Assembly (NCBI RefSeq): GCF_009914755.1
Contig: NC_060938.1
Direction: 5' to 3' (one strand)
Length of the DNA stretch: 64,000 bases
From: the human T2T-CHM13v2.0 reference genome, Homo sapiens
Shown: positions 1 to 18,290 of the stretch, in pieces
How the letters are laid out: each line of letters begins with the position of its first letter
How positions within the stretch are numbered: the stretch's first letter is position 1
Translations under genes and position numbers: made by a program
The notes under the pieces: generated by a model
What the model was told of the DNA's origin: nothing
What the model saw: the letters and a program-made list of their open reading frames with translations, nothing else
Databases searched by the model: none

Positions 1-460
1 GAAAATAATACAGTGGGTTGAGAAGTCAGTGGGAAATTAAGAAGGGGAGGCAGAGCCCACTCAAGAAGAGTAGTGTGAAGGAAAGGGAGACTTGGCCTGG
101 TAGTTTTAGAGATTAGCAGGGTTAAAAGAAGGCCCTTTTTTTCTCAGATGAAGTTCTTGAGAATGTTGCAGGTAGAAGGGAAGAAGTTGTTTTTTCAGAA
201 GGAGGTAGAAAATGCCAGAGAGGGATAGGGCATAATTGATTGATGGGCCAAGATCCAAGAACAGATAGAAAGGCAAAGAACCAAGACCACTTGGAAAATG
301 AAGAAAGTGAAGAATGAATGAGGATTCTGTAAAATATTGAGGGTTTTTAAGAATGTAAATGGGGACAACCCACACTGGAAGGCTTCAATATTTCTTAGCC
401 AAGTAAGACGTGAAGTTGTCTACTTTACATGTACAGGAGAGAAGTGGGAGATTGAGGACG
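1..460 (-). mobile_element. LINE-2 (L2) fragment
   Basis: Purine-rich degenerate match to antisense L2 (cagtgggttgagaagtcagtgggaaa...gagagggatagggcataattga); boundaries approximate. Confidence 0.5.
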
Positions 461-3139
461 TGTGAAATGAGCTGGAAAATCAAGCAAAGATGAATAGAAA
501 GGTTAACAATGAGATAAGAACAAGACACATAGAAGATATAGATCTATAGGGATTGTATTGCCTATGAATATGTTAGAGATATACTTTGTGTGTGCTTAAA
601 TAATTAATATACACTTATTACAAAATCCCATCACACAGAAATGAATACTGTTAGGTGACATTACAGTGAAAACATCCAGAGGGGCTGATGTCTAACTAGA
701 TATGGGGCATGAGTATGAGATAATCAGTTGACCGAGGTTGTAATTCTGAGTGGTTGGAAGAATAAATATGCCTTTGCTAGAACTAAAACAGTCAGCATTA
801 AATTTGATGTGGGAAATCATAAAGTTAAAGAAAGAATCCCATTGCTTTACATGGCTAAGATTTTGATGGTGAGTTAATGATCAGAGGGGGATAGAAGGTA
901 ACATAGAGATGAGGGACCTAGAATATGGTTGGAGAGAAAGGTAAAGAACAAGGCAAGCGCTATGACCAGAGGAAAAGGGGCAAATGTTTTCAACTGTATT
1001 TAGTGGTATAAAGAAGTCAAGGAGAAAGAGAACAAGGAATACATCAGTTCTGTGATTAGCTGGAAAAACTGTCCATTGATTTTCTTTAAATGATGGCCTT
1101 GCTTTCACAATTAGCTTTAAAATGAATTATCTCACAGTACCACAAGTTATTGCTCAGAAGTTTCTTTGAAGCATTCATTACAAAGGAGAATTTTTTTTCT
1201 TTTTTTACTAAGCCTTAGGAGTAGGGTCTATGCTGGAGTCAAAAATTTTCAAAAGAAAACTTCAAATTAGCTTTGAAAACCTTTGTAAAATAGGCCTTTA
1301 CTTTCAATGTTTTGAATTGCCACATTGAATTTACTTCATTATTTTTCACTGAACAATTTCTGTAGCCTTCTGAGATAATATTATTCCTTCCCAGACAATG
1401 CTCACTGCCAATATATATAGAGGCAATATTTTTGAGTGTAATATTCTCTGAAACTATCTTGGCATTTTTGCTGAGAGGCAGTTTAAACTGGAGAGAGGCT
1501 GACCAACAGCCCAAGAGAACAATATCCTTGAATAGTTTGTATCTAAGTCTTGGTTTTTTATTTTGAAGCTCTATATTTTTAATAGAGGCTCTTGAGTTTC
1601 TTGCTATCAATGTGTTAAAACAAGCTACCAAGAGAAATAATTACAGCAACTTTTGTGCATAAATTAAATGATCTGGGGTCGTTATTAGAGTGCATTTACA
1701 AAGGCCATTTCCATGGGATTTATCTATGACTAAGGGGTGAGATAATTAACAACATCAGACTGAAATGCTTTTATTCATCTCATATTTACAGAATAATGCA
1801 GGAAAATAGAGAATTCTTTAGATGCAACCAAAGTTTGAATTAATCTTAGCTGTTATGTATGATTAACAATGTACCAAAAAGTATGAAAGCAACATTTTAG
1901 TATTTTGTTCCACATATTAATACTGCTAAAATTAAATTCTCTAGCGGTCCTATCTCAAATTATTCTTATAACCACTTAGAGACAGCTTTGTTTTTCTGAA
2001 ATATCTTTCCTGCCTCTCAGTCATGCATAACAGAAAATTATTCTGCATCTCATCCAAGCTCAAAAAAAAAAAAAAAAATCCCATTTTTAAGTGCATGCTA
2101 AAATGGTGCCAAGAGAAAACTCAAAATAGAAGCCCCAGGACAGAATGATCATTTTATTCAGTAAGTTTAAATGTAGTATTAGAGGTTAACATAACCAAAT
2201 AGAGTATCCAGGATATTATTTAAAATTTCGAGTTGAAACTTTCAAAGAGATGGGTAAAAAGGAAGGAGTACCTGCAAGAAGTTTTCTCCAAGATCTATGC
2301 CTGCTAAAAGACCTCCAAATACATATCCCAAGCATGTGAACAGGCACTGTTGCTAGGTATTGTTGATTCAAATTTATTTAGTTTTTTAGAATTGTAATTA
2401 TCGTGTTTGGAATAGTTACTAAGCTGCTATTATGTGCACGGTATTGTGTTTAAGTGTTTCTGGAAGCTGAGGTGATGATGTCTATGTTTATGTTCCGTAA
2501 GACACCAGGAGTGGAAGTCTGTGGGTGGTAGGGGGAGCATGGAGGAGGCAGGCCCACCGGGCACGTGGTTGAAGAGATCATAGTGGAACTGTGTCATACA
2601 AATGCAGCCTGTTGTATTGAATGTACTTGTTCTCACTACGGAGTAATCCTGATCTGCCTGAACTCCAAATGAAACTACCTGTCTGTACTGGGATAAAAAT
2701 AACTTCAAAGTGCTTACCAAGTATCAAGAAGTAACTTCCATATTTATGTGAAATTAATCTTATTAAGCATGAAATCTCAAGAAATTTCAAAGCTAACACT
2801 ACCTCTACAAGTATCTACAAGTTAAAGATAGGAAGTTTAACACTGAGTAACTTTATTCTCATTATTTTGAAACTCACCTCCTTGGTAGCTGTATTTCCTA
2901 TTCTCTTTCTTATTTTGTTGCTATCAATGAGAATGGACTTCTCCATCATGATTTAGAAAGAAAACCTTCCTTGTCCATATAGTTAAAAGTAAACTCATCT
3001 TAAACTTTTATACAAAGCATTTTCCAATCTGGTAGAAAAATGAAAAAGTTTTCTTTCAGCACTACTTTCTGTGGGCATGTACCACATATGTCTGTTTTTT
3101 TTCAATTTTCTTTTTTCATGGTGTAATTGCCCCTTGGTT

Positions 3140-3470
3140 ATCTCCTCCAGGTGCCTCAAAATTACCTGAAGTTCAGCTCTCTGGAATTGAACTCATTGTA
3201 TCTTCCTCCAAACACACTTAACCTTCCTTGGAAAATTCCTATTCATCCTTCATTGCCCAACCTCAATTTCACTTCCTCTCTTGTGCCTTTCCAGCTTCCC
3301 CAACTGAAGTAGTTGTTTCTATTGTCATGCTACTTTTTCATATTTTTGCTATTTTATTTACTTACTATTTCTTGCTTCTAAGCTCCTCAAAAGCAGGGAA
3401 CCTGTTTCCTTTTAGCTACCGTAATTCATGGCATAGTTTAGACACTGAAAATATTTGTTGAATCAATTTA
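3140..3470 (+). mobile_element. L2 3' fragment
   Basis: L2-type 3' motifs: ctaagctcctcaaaagcaggga and aaatatttgttgaatca. Confidence 0.5.
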
Positions 3471-4184
3471 CATGCATCTGCTACTGTCTTTTTGTTCTTT
3501 GCTTTAATGCAAACATTTCTCAAGGGTAAGATGTTTTGATTTGCTGCGTAGTGAATGTCAGTAACACACTGTTAGATCTTAGTTATGTCTCTTAAGCACT
3601 TGGATTCAATTTCCTCATTTATAAAACATAAAAGAAATGGCATTTCTTTCTTTAAGTATATACATATTTCTTTCTTTCAATGTTTTCTTTTATCTCACAG
3701 GCTCTATTTTGAGGTCTGGCTCAAAAGTAGAGTTGAAGACAATAGAAGATTTTTAATTCTGGAGAAAAAAAGATCTTAGGGGGAACAGAAGCACTGTCTT
3801 CAGCTATAGAAAGGACTTTCATCTGGAACAGGGACAGCTGAGTCTGTGTGGGTGCAGGAGCTAGAACTAGGACTAATAGGTGAAAGTTACTAAGAAGCAT
3901 TCAAACATCAGATAGATTTGGTACATGTTGTCTAGGTCATACATCCCAGATGTACGAATTTCAAGGATCAGTAAAATACCCATGCCACCCCAAAATGTGG
4001 ACTTACCAGGTTTTCAATGTTTTATTTTGTCAAATTAAAAAAACCCAAGCCAAACAACAACAAAAAACCAAAACGACTTTCTACTACAACTATCATTTCA
4101 TAAAAGATAATTTTTACAAAAAAACAGAAGGACACAATAGAGAATAGATCTTTTGGGGATAAGGATAGTGACAAACTGACAATG

Positions 4185-4186
<2 letters not shown>

Positions 4187-4227
<41 letters not shown>
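4187..4227. repeat. (AC)20 microsatellite
   Basis: Read directly. Confidence 0.98.
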
Positions 4228-4228
<1 letters not shown>

Positions 4229-4450
4229 CTTTTACTATCATTTTAATTAGATCCTGCAAACATCAATAGTGGTTTAATGGGCTTGTAGATCATCATTTGA
4301 GCATCAGTATCCTGGGGCCCCCTTTAAACCTGACATTCAATAATACTGAGTCAAGATACACAAATACAGACAAATATATATTTACATACATATATTTAAT
4401 TTGGAGGCCTTGCTAGGTCTAAGAAGACATTTTCCAATAAAATTTTTTGG

Positions 4451-4757
4451 GGAACAGGTGTGGTGGCTAATGTCTGTTATCCCAGCACTGTGGGAGGCCA
4501 AGGTGGAAGGAATGCTTGAGCCCAGGAGTTCAACACCAGCCTGGGCAACATATTGATACCCCATCTCTACATTAAATAAAAAATAATGCATACTGGTGCA
4601 TTATTGTAGCTGGGACTACAGGCACATGCACCACCATGCACTACTCAGGAGGGAGGCTTACTTGAACCCAGGAAGTCAAGGCTGCAGTGAACCATGTGTC
4701 ACAACACTGCACTACAGCCTGGGTGACAGAGTAGAGACCCTGTCTTAAAAAAAAAAA
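4451..4757 (+). mobile_element. AluJ with internal micro-inversion
   Basis: gcttgagcccaggagttc and aggctgcagtga (AluJ-type), A tail; 4606-4639 is reverse-complemented. Confidence 0.92.
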
Positions 4758-4860
4758 GAAGTTGTTGTTTGTTTTTGGAACTTGATATATAGTTATATTA
4801 CTTTGACTTACTTTCTGTATGTAGTCAGAATTTTTTTTTTTTATGTTTGCCCACCCCCCC

Positions 4861-5157
4861 TTTCTTTTTTTGAGGTGGAGGCGGGGTTTTGCTCTATTAC
4901 CCAGGCTGGAGTGCTGTAGTGTGATCATAGCTCACTGCAGCTTGGAACTCCTGGGCTGAAGCGATCCTCCTGCCTCAGCCTCCTGAGTAGCTGTGACTAC
5001 AGGCACACACTACCATGCCTGATTGTTTTCTTCATTTTTGTAGAGGCAGGGTCTCACCATGTTGCCCAGGCTGGTGTTGAATTCCTGGTCTCAAGTGATC
5101 CTCCTGCCTTGTCCTCCCAAAGTGCTGGGATTACAGGCAGGAGCCACTACACCTGGC
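4861..5157 (-). mobile_element. AluJ
   Basis: Antisense Alu dimer with gatcatagctcactgcagc and tcaagtgatcctcctgcc. Confidence 0.92.
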
Positions 5158-5952
5158 ACAGAGCATATTTTTGAACAAGATCCTTAATTCTGACATGTCT
5201 TTGCACATCATGTTTTTCTTTGAATCTCTAAAACAAGTAAGTGTTTGTTGGTCTGGAAATCCAAACATAAATCTAATGCTGGGCTCTTAGTATGGTTCAA
5301 ATTGCATCTGTATGAAAACCTTGTTTAGAAAGATTAGGACAGAGACTAGTTTTCTATTGTTTTTGCTGTTTTTTTTTTCCCTTGCTGCTGCTAGTTTCCT
5401 GTGTAGTATCAGGTTGTTCCTGCTCTGAATTAGGGTCCAGTATGGACCCAGCAGGAGGTGGCTCTTCTGAAGGTGGGAGTGGTGGATGCAGGGTTGATTA
5501 CCTGGCCTGGTCTGAGATGAGCAGTTGAAGGGAGAGCCTATCTCTTAGTAGGACAGAGTAAAGCCACTGCCTAGATAAAAGGGTCTTAGTATTAACGGTG
5601 AGGGAGGAGACTTTGACCTCTGCTAGGTTTGGGTAAGACTTATGCAGTAACTTAGAAAAATGTTTGTATTCCCATTTTTGAGACCCAGAAGTGAATTTGA
5701 CAGCTTCCAGGAGGTGTGGCAGGCTCCTGGAGTGCTACCATAAGTAGGTATGAAGTTTGCATTGTCACATTTGTTCAATTTCTCCTGAACATGAGATACT
5801 TCAACAGAAGGTGCTTCTAGAAGAGCATTTTTTTTCTCTATAGGCAATTAGGTTATACTCAGGAAGTTGCATATAAAACATTTTGTAGTCATGAATGTAG
5901 AGCTCTGTCTGTCTTCCATCCAAGTTGATTATAAAAATGTAGCATAAATAGC

Positions 5953-6300
<348 letters not shown>

Positions 6301-7677
6301 TTATTAAAATGATCTGCTTTATAAATATATGGATATTGTCATGCTAAATAATATATCTGAGCTATAAAGACAGTAGAGGGTGAATTAGTCTTGTAAATTG
6401 AGAAGCACAGGCTTCCATCAAATGTCTTTGAAAAATTAGGAATGTAGATTCATTTCTGGAATCTAAGAGCAAGACACAGCAAGTGAATTATTTCCTTTTC
6501 TCTCCCTTCAAATAATATTTAAGTTGAGTGTGCAAAACTGGTGTATCATCCTCTTATCCTATCTATGGGTTTGAGAAGAACTTTCACAATCTCTTTCCAG
6601 AAATTAAAATAATGATCACAATAAAATCCCCCAAAGCTTGTCTAAGCCTGAAGCACTGCAATTTATTGAGATCCTGATGTATGTGTCCTGGCAGCACAAC
6701 CACAGGGCTAAGTTGTAATCCTTTGCAAGAGTCACCCAGAAATCCCCGGGATTCAGTCTGATACTCTAAAAATATGCCTTGAAAAAACACTGTCGGGAAG
6801 ACTCTGAATCTTAACCCCTTAGCTAACTCCAGATAGGTCTTGTGGCCTTCTGAATTTCCATTTGGGTGAAAGTAACATAATAATTTGTCTTCTTTAGGAA
6901 TTAAATTCCAAGGGAAAGATGTAATTTCAGGTCTACTGTCCCATTTCCTAGAGGGAGAATAGGGTCCTTATTGAGGTTATCACTACACATGTGAAATAGA
7001 GGGTTTTAAGGAAACTATTTGGGTAATTCAGTCAGCCAAAATTTTCCTTTTATGTGAAATACTCTGCTGAGTAAAATAAGTGTTGGTAAGTCCCTGTGCA
7101 TTGTCTTTTTTTTTTTTCTTTTTCTCTGTGGGAGGTAGGAGTATTTTCTGCAGTAACTGTTTGACTAATTGCCTTCATTCTCTGCCTCTGTGTGCAGACA
7201 GCCTATGCCCCTGACTATCTTATCAGGGTATATTTGCTTCTCTTCCAAAGTTATTTGAACTGTCTTATAATATTTCCTCTCAATAGTCCTTTTGGATATG
7301 GCAGAGAGTAGCCTATCAATTCCATTTGGGAGATGGAGAATGGACCTTGATGGTGGTTTTATGTGATTATTGCTGGTGGAGGTGGAGCCAGACCTGAGTC
7401 TTGTGACTCATAGTCAGGAATGCTTCCTCCCACACTGCACTGCGGAATGTGTTCCTTGTCACTGAAAGTTACAACTGAAACCATTAAAAGCTAGCAAGAC
7501 CAGTTTTCCTAGTAAAAGTATTCAGTCTTACGATGAATGTCTAAGAAACTCAAGATAAAAATTATGCCAACTTCAAAGCCAACCACTGAAAGATCCCAAG
7601 GGGGCGGGGAGGCAGATCTGCCTGTTGTATGAGCACTTAGACATATTCATCTGTACTGACAATCCATCTGCACCTAC

Positions 7678-8312
7678 TGAAAGGAGGCAGAATATTCCCT
7701 GCACCCTGACAAACGTGCCACTTTAGCAGAAGGATTATTTTGAATTAAAGTCATTTAAAAAAAAAAGATGGGTGCAGCACACCAACATGGCACATGTATA
7801 CATATGTAACAAACCTGCATGTTGTGCACATGTACCCTAAAAGTTAAAGTATAATAATAATAAAAAAAAACAAAAAAATCCAGCAGGTACAAGAAGGGTG
7901 TTCTGATGCTTTCCTTTTTCTTCCTAAAAGCAGGAGATAAAACCCCCAGATGAAAGATATCCTTTTTATATCAGAAGGAAAGTAACATTCTTATCATTAG
8001 AATGGGAAGATGAGACTGAGAAAATTTGAACAAACAGACCCTATTAAAATTATTTTTATCTTCCTTTAGCCTCCCCGAATAGTTTAGTTTTCAACAGTTG
8101 ACTCTTTTTGTTCAACCTAGCATATACAAAATCATTTCAGTTGTGCCACTTCTTTGGGTCTTCATTTCCTGATGAGGGCTCTGGTGTCATGTAAAACTTA
8201 TATCAAACAAATTTGTTACTTTTCTTCTGTTAATCTGTCTGAGGTCAGTTTAATTCTCAGGCCCAGCTTAAAAGTCCTATGAAACTAGAGGTAAAATTTT
8301 GCCTCCCCTATA
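7678..8312 (+). mobile_element. MER34-group solo LTR (ERV1), interrupted by an L1 tail
   Basis: Starts tgaaaggaggcagaatat, has gccactttagcagaaggattattttga, ends tgttaatctgtct...gcctccccta. Confidence 0.7.
7767..7878 (+). mobile_element. Severely 5'-truncated young L1PA 3' end nested in the LTR
   Basis: gatgggtgcagcacaccaacatggcacatgtatacatatgtaacaaacctgca...taaagtataataataa plus A tail, inserted at a ttt/aaaa site. Confidence 0.93.
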
Positions 8313-11274
8313 CTATTGTTTTCCTAAGCACCCTTTTTCTGATATCTCAGAGTCAGAATCATTTGCAAAGCACCACAACGGTTTTCTCTGCCTTTCCAAC
8401 CAGATTCTCAAACTGGCTGAACTATATTAATTACAAGCTGCCCTAGCCACCGTGTAAGGTAATAGTTTAAGCTACTTGACTGGTGTGAGAAAAATGTCTG
8501 TGGGTTTCTCTCTGTAGTACCCCCAGAAGGAGGCCATGGCCTGGCAGATAATCAATACCTATTAGAGCAGAAATCAATTTGCCCAATCAGGTAATGCCCT
8601 GATTGTATTTTCTCTACAGCAGAGGGAAGATTTTCCCAGAGAAGTCACTGTATAGTGGTTTCCTTCATCACAGGCGAGGGCATGGCTACAGGAACAGCCT
8701 GTGAACACCTCTATCCCTAGGGGCCTCATGGTGTGAGTACCACTAGTCTTGCTGCCCACGCTGTCATGGATTTAGATTTTGAACTACATCTGACAGGTCT
8801 TAAATTTCCACTTTTATGTTTGTATGTCATTCTGAGGTCAGGCGTAAAGTGGAATGTGGGGCTGAGAAATCAACTAGATAATTAAGGAGGAATTGATAGT
8901 ATAATTTGGGCAAATTAGCAGCGGCACTTACAGTATTGAATTAACTGAATTATGTTGAGCTGCACAGACTTCACCCAAGATCATATGACTGTGTATTGAT
9001 CATCACAGTTGTTGGTGACACAGATCATGAATAATTTAATAAAAATTTATTTGGTACATACTAAATACAAAATACTAAACTGAATTTGGTACAACTGTTT
9101 TATTTCTGAAGCTTTTCATTTCAAGTACATTTTTTAAGCTTTGTGATCAACATTTACAAAAGAACAATGATTTTGTTTTCACTTTATTAAATTGGATTTA
9201 TTTTGTATTTCATGATCCTCTTTAAACTTTTACTGTTATCTATGCTGAATGTTATGTTATAAATCATTTTAGAAAATAATATAGAGTGATGGTGGCTGTG
9301 TTTTCACCTGTAGTGTCTTTGTTATGTAAGTTTTAACAAATAAGAGCTGAGGTAGATACTTTCTTTCCTTCAAAAAGAAATATAACTTATCAATGAAAGA
9401 AAAAATAGCTGGAGAGATTTAAGCATTTTGCTGTGGCTTATTCATATAGTTTAGGAAGGTGTCTCAGAGCCTGAAAATTTAGGTAGTGATTGTTGATTCC
9501 ATTTTCACCTTTGTCATCTCTTGGGAATTTATGATCCCACCTTCTGGTCATACAATCTCTGGAGTGGGGAGAATTTGAGAGGTCAGGCAAGAATTGCTTT
9601 GTCATGGAGATTAGGCAAAGACAAATCCATCCCTTTTTAACTATAAATGTTAGGATAAGGTGAGAGAAAATGAATGACCAGCTCCTTTCCCCCACCCTGA
9701 AATGATGAATATTCTTCCTTGAGCGAAACCCTGTGCGTTCAAAATATTTTCTGTGAGTGCTTTGAACATGGCCACAGTTAGTGGGAATTTTTTCTTAATA
9801 AAATTGAATATTTTTTTTCCTTAGAGGAAAGCAAAAGGATCCACATCTATAATGAATTACAGCCTCTGATCTTCTAAAATCCTTTGGCAACTTTTCCATG
9901 TATTTCTTGTTTTGGTCTATGAACCTCAGTTGTAGGGCTTTGATTCAACCTTTTGTGATCAGACAGAATTAGAATCTAGCTTTTTGCATGGGGATAAAAT
10001 CAGTTCCAAAAGCCTTGGCAGACATGTCTCTGGTGCTGGGGATGAACGTGTCCTCCTGAGGGCAGATGTCTGAGTGATGAGCCTGGGGCTGGAGACATTA
10101 TCTATGGACAGATATCACCAAGTCAACCCACAGGAGGCTGTTCCTTTCTGAGGATGAAGGGCAGTGGGGGGATGTCCACAAACATGGCACTGAAATGGAA
10201 AGACATTTAAAAATAATTTCCTACAACACAGGAAAACATAGCAGAGTGATATTAGAGTACAAAATCAACTTAGAAAATAAAATATAGCAATGACAGTCAT
10301 TACTGCAAGGAACATTTAAACTATTACTATTACTACAAAGGAAAACTAACCAACTGCTAACTGAGCAGAAAAAAAGTTTACCAAGGAACTTATTAAATCA
10401 ATAAGCCAAGCACATAAACAGCATCTTTGCATTGCATTGATGATTTACTTCTAAAAGCCAAATTAGTTGTTCCTTCCTACTGCCTTATTTCGTTTGAATG
10501 AATTTGCATCCCTCCTACCAGGAGAATTTAAACTCCTTTTCTTCTTACTATATTCAAGGTAGGATCATATTCCAGAGAGCTTGAGTTGTTCTCCATGATT
10601 GCATAAAGTACCAGGCTACACATTTTATCTACACCATTGACTGAATCATCTCAACACTGTTATAAGATAGGTATGCATTCTTATTCCCTCTTTATGGGCA
10701 AGATTCTGCTGCCTGTCCTGATAACTGCAGGTTTAGCACTGTATCCTCTTTGAGGAATCCCTGATGCAGCCTAAAAGTGTAAGGCACCCAACCCCACTAC
10801 TGAAGTACAACGTCTCGGGGTCGATGACGGTGACTGTTAGTGGCTTTCTCTTCCCCTCTCCCACCATCTGCCTAGTCTGTGCAGTGGCGCTCATCTTCTG
10901 GTTTCCTCTGCTTGGACTGCAGCCACAAAACCAACTCCAGCTCTCTTGGTCGGGTCCCTGACACCCTGCCTTGTCCATTAGCCGCAATTACTCAGGCAAT
11001 TCTTTGAATTCTTCCCACTTTGTTTGCTTGTAACTGGACCCCAGAATCCCAGACCCCATGCAACTACTTCCCTAAATGCTTTTGCTTCTTCCAGTGGGCT
11101 GACACTTCAGATTCTCCTTCTGATGTTTTGATCGCAGCACAATTTTTGAGTTTCCTTGCTTCTTCAGTACCAGTACACCCCTCCTAAGGAGCAGATCTTG
11201 GCTTTGTGGTGCCCATAGCTCATTCGATTTTGGGACCTTCTTAATATACAAAATCATCAATATTAACTTAGATA

Positions 11275-11849
11275 TTAAAGGAGGGAAGGATGTGCCATCC
11301 CACAACATGCTGAATTGGTGTATTGATTATTTTGAGTTGAAAACATTGGAGAAATTGTAGTTTAGAAAAGGCTAGCTGACCTGTCTCTTCCTGCATGCAG
11401 CAAGCCATAAACGTTCCTCTGGGAGGGGTACTCTCTCTGTACCAGGGTGAGAAGATGGCCCTTATCATGAGACACTGGGAATTGAGAACTGTAATGGATC
11501 TGGATAAATATGCTTAATGAAGTAACTCTTATCTTTCACTAGTTTTACATGTCCCCCAATATATCTCCTACTGACTCCCCTAGAAATGTACTACTCCTAG
11601 CCAGATTTTCTTTGTCTTGACATTTCTTCTCAAATTTATCATTCTTTGTCTAAAAAGCATAAAAGCATCTTGCTTTGGCCACTTTTTAATTTTCTTTCTT
11701 GTGAAGATCCCCACGTACATGTAAAATGAATAAGATTTGTATGTTTTCTCTTGTTAATCTGCCTGGTGTCAATTTGGTTTCTAGATCCAGCTGGAAGAAC
11801 TTGCATAAGAGCTTAAGGAGAATTGGAAGTGATCTCTGATTTTCCTGCA
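11275..11849 (+). mobile_element. MER34 solo LTR (ERV1)
   Basis: ttgattattttgagttgaaaacattggagaaattgtagttt...gctagctgacctgtctcttcctgcatgcagcaagccataaa; ends tgca. Confidence 0.75.
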
Positions 11850-12192
11850 GAATAAATAAGAACACTTATTTAGAACGAGAAAATAAATCGCAGCATGGCT
11901 CCTATCCCTTTCTGGAGAGATATCTTTAAGAAATTTATCAGAAATGCTCACATGAAATGTTTCCTGTTGTAGCCTGGTTTCCCTTTGCCACATAGAAAAC
12001 TCTGCAACCCCCAAGACTCACAGAGGCCAGTGAACAAAAGGGGCCCTAAAGCCTGAGTGTCGCTAGTTTCATAGCAAATGACTCTGACTCTCTGACGCCT
12101 TCACTGTGGCTTTGGGTGAAGACTCCTTGCTTTGGCTCAGTTCCAGAGAACCATAATTCTCAGGGGGTTGTGGGAGTGAGGGCAAGTGTGGA

Positions 12193-12314
12193 TAGGAGAG
12201 AGAGGAAGAGGAGAGTGTGTGTGGGAGAGAGAGAGACTGTGTGTATGTGAAAAGAGAGAAAGAGAGGCAGTATGCATGTGTGTGTGTGTGTGTGTGTGTG
12301 TGTATGCGTGTGTG
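12193..12314. repeat. Compound (GA)n/(GT)n microsatellite
   Basis: Read directly. Confidence 0.9.
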
Positions 12315-12959
12315 AAACAGAGATAGACTGCACCGTTCCCTCCAGCTTGCCAGTCCTCTCTCTTCTGGTGCAGAACCCCACTGCTGTGTGATTTTAGTGA
12401 CTGACTGCTCTGCTGGAAGACTGAATGCCTTTATGGAGCTTCCTGTAATATTGTGGGGTGTGGCCAGGCATAAACTGACTAACCACCTTGGGATAGGTCA
12501 CACATGGAGAGGCAAGAACCTAGAACACCCCCAGCCAGGCCTTGGAGGCCCCAGAGGTGTGTTGGCAGCTAGGCAGTGGCATGGTATCCATGGGGCTAGG
12601 AGACAGACGAGTGGGATCATCTGATGAAGCCAGGAGCATTAGGGAGGTCACCACTGGAAAAACAGGGATCCTGTTAGGCCCATGGACTTCAGCACTGTGA
12701 CTCTCTCTGCCTTGAACGGGGGACCCAGAGAGGAGAGCTGAGGGCCCAGCTCTGGGCATCTGGCAAGCACTGCTTCAAGCACCACCTGGGGTACAGAGGG
12801 AGAATTTTGGTCCCTAGGGACTTCCCTAGAGGACTCTTAAGAGTTAGCAAGAGAAGAGTCAAGCAAAGTGATTAATAGGTTGATTGACATACTAGAAACA
12901 GGATGAAAGTTGGGGACCAGATCTTGGAAAGATTCGCAGGCAGTAGCAGTATATCAGGC

Positions 12960-13160
12960 AGTATATCAAGTGTATTAAGTGTTTGTATTTGGGGGTCAAA
13001 GACATCTACCATTTATTCTCTTCAGAGCCTTGAGCAAGTTGTTTAATTTCTCTGTGTTTTTCTGGTCCTTTAAAAACAATTCTGTTTAAAATAATAGCTG
13101 CATTACAGAGTTACTTTGACGATTTAAAAAGGTAATCTCTACTTGCACAATGCTGACTAT
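12960..13160 (+). mobile_element. MIR
   Basis: Core ccttgagcaagttgtttaatttctctgtg. Confidence 0.55.
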
Positions 13161-13377
13161 AAACTATTTAGGTGCAGGAACCAGATCTTATTCGAATTTT
13201 ATTAGTAATGTCTTACTCATTACAGAAGCTGGTACATAGTAGGCCCTTTACAAATATTTGTTAAACTGTGCCATATCACCTACCAGGTGACTGGCATACA
13301 GATATATTTATATAGATCGACAGCTAGGTTGACTGATACAGATACATAGATCTGTGCATATGTGTATAACATAAACT

Positions 13378-13455
13378 TCTATCTATCTGTTTATGTATCT
13401 ATCTGTCTATCTATCTATCTATCATCTATCTATCTATCTGTCTATCAATCAATCA
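13378..13455. repeat. (TATC)n/(TCTG) tetranucleotide repeat
   Basis: Read directly. Confidence 0.9.
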
Positions 13456-13775
13456 TGTCTTAGTATTTGAACCTGAGTATAAGGTCAGGGCCAGAGTAGC
13501 ATAAACAAACACAATCCTCAGTCAGTGTGAGGCTAGAGCTCTTAAATTCCTCCTGTCTCACGACTGAGCTGACCATGGCTGAGTCCACGGGTGTGAGTAA
13601 AGAAGCCCTAATGCAAGCACAAAGACAGGAAGAATACAGAGATGAGAACTGGGCAGACTGACTTGTTTGTTCTAAAATACACTTTCCACCTGAAATGCTG
13701 TTAAAACCAAAGTCTAGAGTGATTTTTCTAAAGCATTTATCACTATTTGTTTTCATGCTTCTGACCCACTGTTTA

Positions 13776-16948
<3,173 letters not shown>

Positions 16949-16957
16949 TCCTAAAAA

Positions 16958-18290
<1,333 letters not shown>

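Noticed and set aside
5447-5463. CTCF-like ccagcaggaggtggc
   Set aside because: Mismatches at core positions and no local CpG retention
7678-11849. Two same-strand MER34-group LTRs 3 kb apart as ends of one provirus
   Set aside because: They are clearly different in sequence, and no primer-binding site or gag/pol remnant is visible between them
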